Source: Amoebophrya sp. A120 (lineage: Eukaryota > Protista > Dinoflagellata). From it: a stretch of DNA of 64,000 bases. The number at the start of each line of letters is the position of its first letter. Within the stretch, counting starts at the first letter, position 1. The stretch covers positions 7,308,989 to 7,372,988 of the forward strand of contig CAJINV010000005.1 in assembly GCA_905178155.1 (NCBI GenBank), read 5' to 3'. Both the position numbers and the translations under genes were made by a program. This document shows positions 58,501 to 64,000 of this stretch, piece by piece. Below the pieces are notes generated by a model, which was not told the DNA's origin, did no database searches, and saw only the letters and a program-made list of their open reading frames with translations.

Positions 58501-61500
58501 GCTCCGGACGTATGCGGTGCCGGAGACGTATGGAAGCGTCAGGTTTGAAATCGTCAAAGTTGAAACAATTTGCAATGCATAAAATGCATGACCCGAGGCA
58601 CGTGCGTTGCAGAGCAGGCAAGTGAGGCCGATTGTGAGCCTGTTTGGGGTTACAGCTCGAGCTGCTAAAGTAGCATGGGAAAATCACTCTTCTACTTCTT
58701 TGCCTAAACAGCATGACAAACTGGAATTAGGGACCACCGAAATTTGTCATGCGCTACTTGGAAACTGGGCTCCAACTGGCATCCATTTTATGCATGACAA
58801 ATTATTTCAACTTTGTCGATTTCAACTCTGACACATCCATAAGACGCGGAAAAACGCCCTGCCGGAGATCGACACGACGGCCGAGGTATGCACAGCAAAA
58901 GCGTCGCGCCCGTAGTAATCGTAGGCGCGCAGAAGTGCGGGGCTAGTTCTCAAAGCGGGCCCGCGCTACGGGTCGCGACACGACCTGTAGCGCTGGGCTG
59001 ATTTTTTTGCAGCGAGGCTCTCAGGAAATTAGTGCGAGCGTGGTGGTGGTGCTTTTGCATTGCATACGCGGATACCGTGGAGGGGCACTATCGCCGATGG
59101 TGTTGTGTCGAGACCTGCAAGAAGGCCGTGACCGTCCTCAACGAATGCATGCGAAAGCCTCAGAATGGAAATTCTCAAAGAGGAAATAATTTGCGATGCA
59201 TGGAATGCGACGCAAAAAAGACTGTATTGCAGAGGACCCAATGGAGGCCGACTATTGTCCTGCTAGGGGTGAATAATTGGAGTGCTGCTTAGCATGAGAG
59301 AAGGGCACCCCTGCTTTGCCTTAACCTGCAACATGACAGACATGCTTTAAGTGCCAGGGAAATTTGTCATGCGCCGACTACAGATGCCGCGTCAACTAGA
59401 GTCGTTTTTTTGCATCACAAATTGTTTCCACTTTGAGGATTTCCAACCTGAGGCTTTCATAATGCACCGAACGAAGGGACATCGTGGAGGCCTTCGGGGG
59501 CACCTATCCCCAGGACGAGAGCAAGATCGACACCTACGGGGGGACGAGAGTTGAGCCGAAAGGCGAGGACGCCATCTGCTTCGGGGGATGTAGCCCCACG
59601 ACTTGCTGCAGAGTCCAGCACTATGTGGGCGGCACCGGGAACTTCTTCGTCGTGCGTATGGAAGCGTCAGGTTTGAAATCGTCAAAGTTGAAATAATTTG
59701 CAATGCATAAAACGCATGACCCGAGGACCGTGCGTTGCAAAGCAGGCAAATGAGGCCGATTGTAAGCCTGTTTGGGGTTACAGGTCGAGCTGCTAAAGTA
59801 GCATGAGAAAATCGCTCTTCTTTGCCTAAGCATCATGACAGAGGGGATTTAGGGACCGCCGCAATTTGTCTTGCACCACTTAGGAACTGGGTTCCAACTG
59901 GCATCCATTTTATGCTTGATGCGACGCCCGACAACAAACCGGTAGCCATTGTGGGCGACCTCTTCCAGAACGATCCAACCGAACTGCCTCAGGCCTCTTG
60001 CTGGTTTAGTGGACTAGTAGTCCGCGTCACAGACTAGGCGCGGCGCAGCAACAAGGAGCTGCGCAGCGGCTCCATCCGTCACGCCCGCGCCTCGTTTTGG
60101 TCATGAGGTCGTGATGTACTGCTCCGGCGATTCATTCTCAGTTGCAACCTTCACACTCGCCGCTGGTTCTCAGGTTCTTGGCTTTCAAGAGAAAAATTCT
60201 CTCTCATATGTTTGCCGGAATCCCTAAACCGCATCGCAGGCTGGTTTCGTGCCTGCGGTGTCCGTAAGATTCCGAATAAAATCTACTTTGTACGCATGGG
60301 GCCAGCTGCAGGCTGCTGCTTCCTCATACATAGCAGTGAGCCTGGTCGGTCCCTGCACAGTTTGTGAGCGCTATAAGTTGGATCGTTGGCGAACGTTAAA
60401 CGTGCTCTGTTGGCGACAAGTATGGACCGCTGGCGAACGTTAAGCGCATGTTGGCGATAAGTTGGACTGTTTGCGAAAGTAAGGATAAGGAGGTGGCGTA
60501 AGTAGGATTATATATGTGCCCGAGGATGATGGTGATGGCTTCGGTCCGCCTGACTCCACGACCTGGTGGCCGAACCATCTGCGGCGAGGTGCCCTTACAG
60601 GTTGTGTAGTGGTTTCGCTTTCGGTCGGTTTAGCATGACAAATTATTTCAACTTTGTCGATTTCAACTCTGACACATCCATAGTGCGGGGTCTGATCCTA
60701 AAATCGACACTGTCGCACTGGCAGTATGATGCGTCCGAAACCACAGTGCTGGTCAAGATGCGGGAGCTGATGGAGGCGGTTTACCTTCCCGGCGGAGCGG
60801 AGCAACCGCCCGACGGGCAAGGCACGATGACCGTGCTGGAAGAAAGAGCGAAGCTCATCGCAGGAGGTGCCACACTGCGGAAAAAAGCCCGCGCGCTCGA
60901 CGACGCAGACGAGGAAGCCCCCACCGCCACGTGGAACGTGACCGCCTACACGTTCTATTTCAACACCGTGCTAATATCCTGTGCGAAAGTATCGCACTCG
61001 TAGTAAGTGCAACCATGTCCATGCATTACAGGTCTTTTTTTAAAGGCAAACCCGCATTACAAATTTTATCTCTCATGCTGAGAAAATTTGCCATGCATTT
61101 ATACGAGTGCGGTACTTTTGCAGTTCATAGCTAAACCCTGCGAACCAAATCAAGGCGCTCACGCCGGGCGAGCTGGTGGAAAGGATCAACAAGAAAATTG
61201 GATCCACCGCGGAGCTATCAAGTGCAAATATGTCTGCTTCGTCTGGAGGAAGCCTGTCGTGGCGCTCGAGTGTGCATGATTGAAATAACACTCGAATGCA
61301 GCCAAGCATAACGACTTCATCCCAGAACGCCTTCTCATACGCAGCCCGTGCGGAAAGCTGCGAATTTGTATGGACAAAAAGAGGCGTCGGCGACTTTTGT
61401 TGGTCATGCAATACTACAGAAGATTTGGATTTCACAGGAATGTGAGGCCAGCGTGACAAGTTCGAACGTTCCAGACCCAGACATATTTGCATTTGATAGG

Positions 61501-64000
61501 AGCTGCGGGCTACGAAGCGCGCGTTTTTTTCGCAGCCCGGGGAAGTCGGATATGGAGTTCTCAAATCGTTTACTTTCTCAACTGTTACAGGGATTTGCCA
61601 TGCAGAACTAGCACCTTACGCCATCAGACGATCAAGCTACTTCGCAGGACAAATCTCCGAAGGGGTAAACAGCATCTAAATCTGTGATGCGAAAGCAGCA
61701 AACTTGCCCCTTTGCCTGTTTCTGTTCTTGCATTACAAATTCGTGCAAAAACAGTTGAGAACGTAACGTTTGAGAACGTCATATCGGAACGGAATGGGTT
61801 GACAAACCCCCGGCGGAGACGCACATCCAAAACACCGTATCAAGTGCAAAAATGTCTGGGTCTGGAAGATTCTAGACTTGTGATGCTGTCTCTGGATTCG
61901 AAAAAAATTTGTATTGCCTGACCAGGAAGAGGAGCAGACTTTGTGTTCCGCGGAGATGGCGTTTGTCATGCGGAATAGGCATGAGGAAGCGCTCTATTAA
62001 AAATCTGTGATGCTAGGCCATGCTGCATTACAGGCATTATGTTTCATGTAAAATATGCATGACAAATCTTGCAATCTCCCAGACCCAGACATTTTTGCAT
62101 TTGATACACCGTGACACTGTCGAAGTGGGACAAGAATGAGAAATTGTGGTGGAAAATCGTCTGTGGTTGCATCGTCTTTCTGGTGATTCTTATGTACGTG
62201 TACGTCTGTTACCTGTATGAAATGCAAAAATGTCTGGGTCTGCAAACTTGTGATGCTAAAATGTGCATGATGAAAACACTTTCGAATGCAGTCTGGCATG
62301 AGAACTTCCCAAAACGCTTTCTCATAGGCAATCCGCATGAGAAGCTGCGTTTTTGCATGACAAAAGAGGCTGCGACTTTTGTTCGTTATGCAATACAGAT
62401 TTTCTAGGTATGGAAAGCTAGCATTACAAGTCCCAACCTTCCAGACCCAGACATTTTTACAATCCATAACCTGCACCCCTTGACGATGGCGCGGCTGGAG
62501 CGGGAAGAGAAAGAGCAGGAGATGGCGCAGGCGGCCTCCGATTGGGCGAGCCACTACAACGTGCAACAGGCGGACTATACGTCGGCGCAAGGGGGGCTCT
62601 TTGGCGTGACGCCGTCCGGCGGTTTGCCGAACAACCGGGGCACGCACGGGGGAGTGTGGGCCGGTCCTTCCTCTTTTCGCGGCACGGCGGCCGATATTCA
62701 AGTAGAGAAAAAAACTGTCTTGGTACAAGTGTAGCTGGCCTGGGAATGATCGTGGCTACAGCATATATAAATTTGCTCTGCATGACAGAGAAATTATGTT
62801 ATCCTGTCATGCGCCGCGCCTAGTATCAGTGAACGCACGTTCGTATGAAAGAAAGGAAGACTAGGACACTATGCCTGGCTTCTAGCATGACGAGTGATAT
62901 ATTGTGTGAGTACAACGTGCGTATCATTCATTACAGACTTACACCCGACGCACAGTTTATTTTTTTTTTTTGCATAGCGATAGCTGGCAGCGGGCAGCCG
63001 TCCTGGGGCGGACCAAGCTCCTTCGCCGGAATATGACACCCTCAGAATGGAAATCCTCAAAGTGGAAATAATTTGTGATGCATGAAATGCGACACCAAAA
63101 AGACTGTATTGCAGAGAACGCAATGGAGGCCGACTACGGTGCTTTACGGGTTCAGAATTGGGCCGGTGATTAGCATGAGAGAATGGCACCCCTTTGCCTG
63201 ACTAGCATGAGAGACACATTTTGAGTGCCCGGGAAATTTGTCATGCGCCGACTACAAATGGTGCTCCAACTGGACTCGTTTTTTTGCATTACAAATTATT
63301 TTCACTTTGAGGATTTCCAACCTGAGGCTTTCATACGGAACGGCTCGGGGCGGTGGAGGGGACTGGTCCTCGTGGAACGGGGCCGGACAGTACGGCAGCG
63401 GCGCCGGGTATGCGAGTGTCAGGACTGAAATTGACAAAGTTGAAATAACTTGTAATGCATAAAATCGATACCAGTTGGAAGCCAAATTTCCAAGCGGTGC
63501 GTGACAAAGTTCACAACCGTCTAGTACATCCAGTTTGTCATGCTGTTCGGGCACAGGAGAGTGCTTTTGTCATGCTCCTTTAGCAGCTCTATCCCAAACC
63601 CTAAATAGGCTCACAATCTCCTGCCTTGCTTGCCATCCCGGCAAGACAGGCACTTCATGCCTTGCATTTTATGCATGGCAAATCATTTCAACTTTGACGA
63701 TTTCAGTCCTGACACTCCCATACCGGGCAACAAGGAAGTTGGAACGGGCAGTGGGGCGGCGCCGGACAGTCTTGGGACGGTGGAGGCCACGGAATGGCGG
63801 GCGGCGCGAGGCAATGGGAGTGGGGCGGCAGTGGCGCCTCATATGGTGCAGGGTACACCAGTAACGGGCAACAAGCGCGTTGTATGGAAGGGGGTCAAAA
63901 ACGAAATCGGCAAGGTTGAAATATTCTGTCATGTTGCGACGTGTTGAAATGGTAGGACTCCTACCATTTAAGAAGAAGACCGGCACTCCGTGGTCCTCCT
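49555..64000 (+). CDS. Large multi-exon Cys-rich type I membrane protein with F5/8C / F-type-lectin-like domains (continues past window end; may be more than one gene)
   Basis: Signal-peptide-like MKRVFQSSLFLVVAV; repeated C-x-C...CC modules; PWMQIDLG, PWFQIDLG, INCNGQLGRYVVIELPG..LHEVQVY and INCNNAVGQYVVIDLP; TM-like LWWKIVCGCIVFLVILMYVYVCYL (~62144-62215); Gly/Trp-rich tail. Confidence 0.6.
58529..58841. mobile_element. Introner (TATGGAAGCGTCAGG family)
   Basis: AGACG|TATGGAAGCGTCAGG...CTGACACATCCATA|AGACG. Confidence 0.9.
59150..59461. mobile_element. Introner (CCTCAGAATGGAAAT family), left TAT altered to TGC
   Basis: ATGCA|TGCGAAAGCCTCAG...CTGAGGCTTTCATA|ATGCA; homologous to 63032-63335. 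Confidence 0.85.
59657..60682. mobile_element. Introner (TATGGAAGCGTCAGG family) carrying a ~710-bp internal insertion
   Basis: GTGCG|TAT...ATA|GTGCG; aligns with 58529-58841 apart from 59920-60632. Confidence 0.88.
60975..61129. mobile_element. Introner (GCAAAAGTATCG family)
   Basis: GCTAA|TATCCTGTGCGAAAGTATCGC...CTTTTGCAGTTCATA|GCTAA. Confidence 0.88.
61216..61498. mobile_element. Introner (CCAGACCCAGAC family)
   Basis: GGAGC|TATCAAGTGCAAATATGTCTG...CAGACATATTTGCATTTGATA|GGAGC. Confidence 0.9.
61551..61783. mobile_element. Introner
   Basis: TCGGA|TATGGAGTTCTCAAA...TTTGAGAACGTCATA|TCGGA; body similar to ~42930-43178 and ~55420-55684. Confidence 0.85.
61838..62106. mobile_element. Introner (CCAGACCCAGAC family)
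   Basis: CACCG|TATCAAGTGCAAAAATGTCTGGGTCTGG...CCAGACCCAGACATTTTTGCATTTGATA|CACCG. Confidence 0.92.
62216..62468. mobile_element. Introner (CCAGACCCAGAC family)
   Basis: ACCTG|TATGAAATGCAAAAATGTCTGGGTCTG...CAGACCCAGACATTTTTACAATCCATA|ACCTG. Confidence 0.9.
63032..63335. mobile_element. Introner (CCTCAGAATGGAAAT family)
   Basis: CGGAA|TATGACACCCTCAG...CTGAGGCTTTCATA|CGGAA. Confidence 0.9.
63409..63722. mobile_element. Introner (TATGGAAGCGTCAGG-related family)
   Basis: CCGGG|TATGCGAGTGTCAGGACTGAAAT...ATTTCAGTCCTGACACTCCCATA|CCGGG. Confidence 0.9.

Noticed and set aside
58000-64000. CRISPR-like repeat/spacer array
   Set aside because: Repeats are long, heterogeneous TIR elements and the 'spacers' are in-frame exons; eukaryotic context and no cas genes.

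Overview
Eukaryotic (protist) DNA, probably a syndinian dinoflagellate such as Amoebophrya. That assignment is inferred from the intron style, not from a database match. Host genes all lie on the + strand and are cut into short exons by many 120-350 bp non-GT-AG 'introner' elements that follow one rule: 5-bp direct repeat | TAT...terminal inverted repeats...ATA | same 5-bp direct repeat. Removing each element plus one repeat copy restores reading frames: a Rho/Miro-like GTPase with an aberrant P-loop, an LRRC23/LRGUK-like LRR protein, and a large Cys-rich, lectin-domain membrane protein. Three retroelements each sit inside an introner: a DIRS/PAT-like tyrosine-recombinase element and two copies of a Ty1/copia element. 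One copia copy is split by a 10,923-bp DNA element with 6-bp TSD, ~15-21 bp TIRs, a divergent intron-split DDE transposase candidate and two or more orphan genes. The nesting runs gene > introner > copia > multi-gene DNA element > degenerate introners. The 2.4-kb duplication around the N-gap (6682-6835) looks like an assembly artefact.
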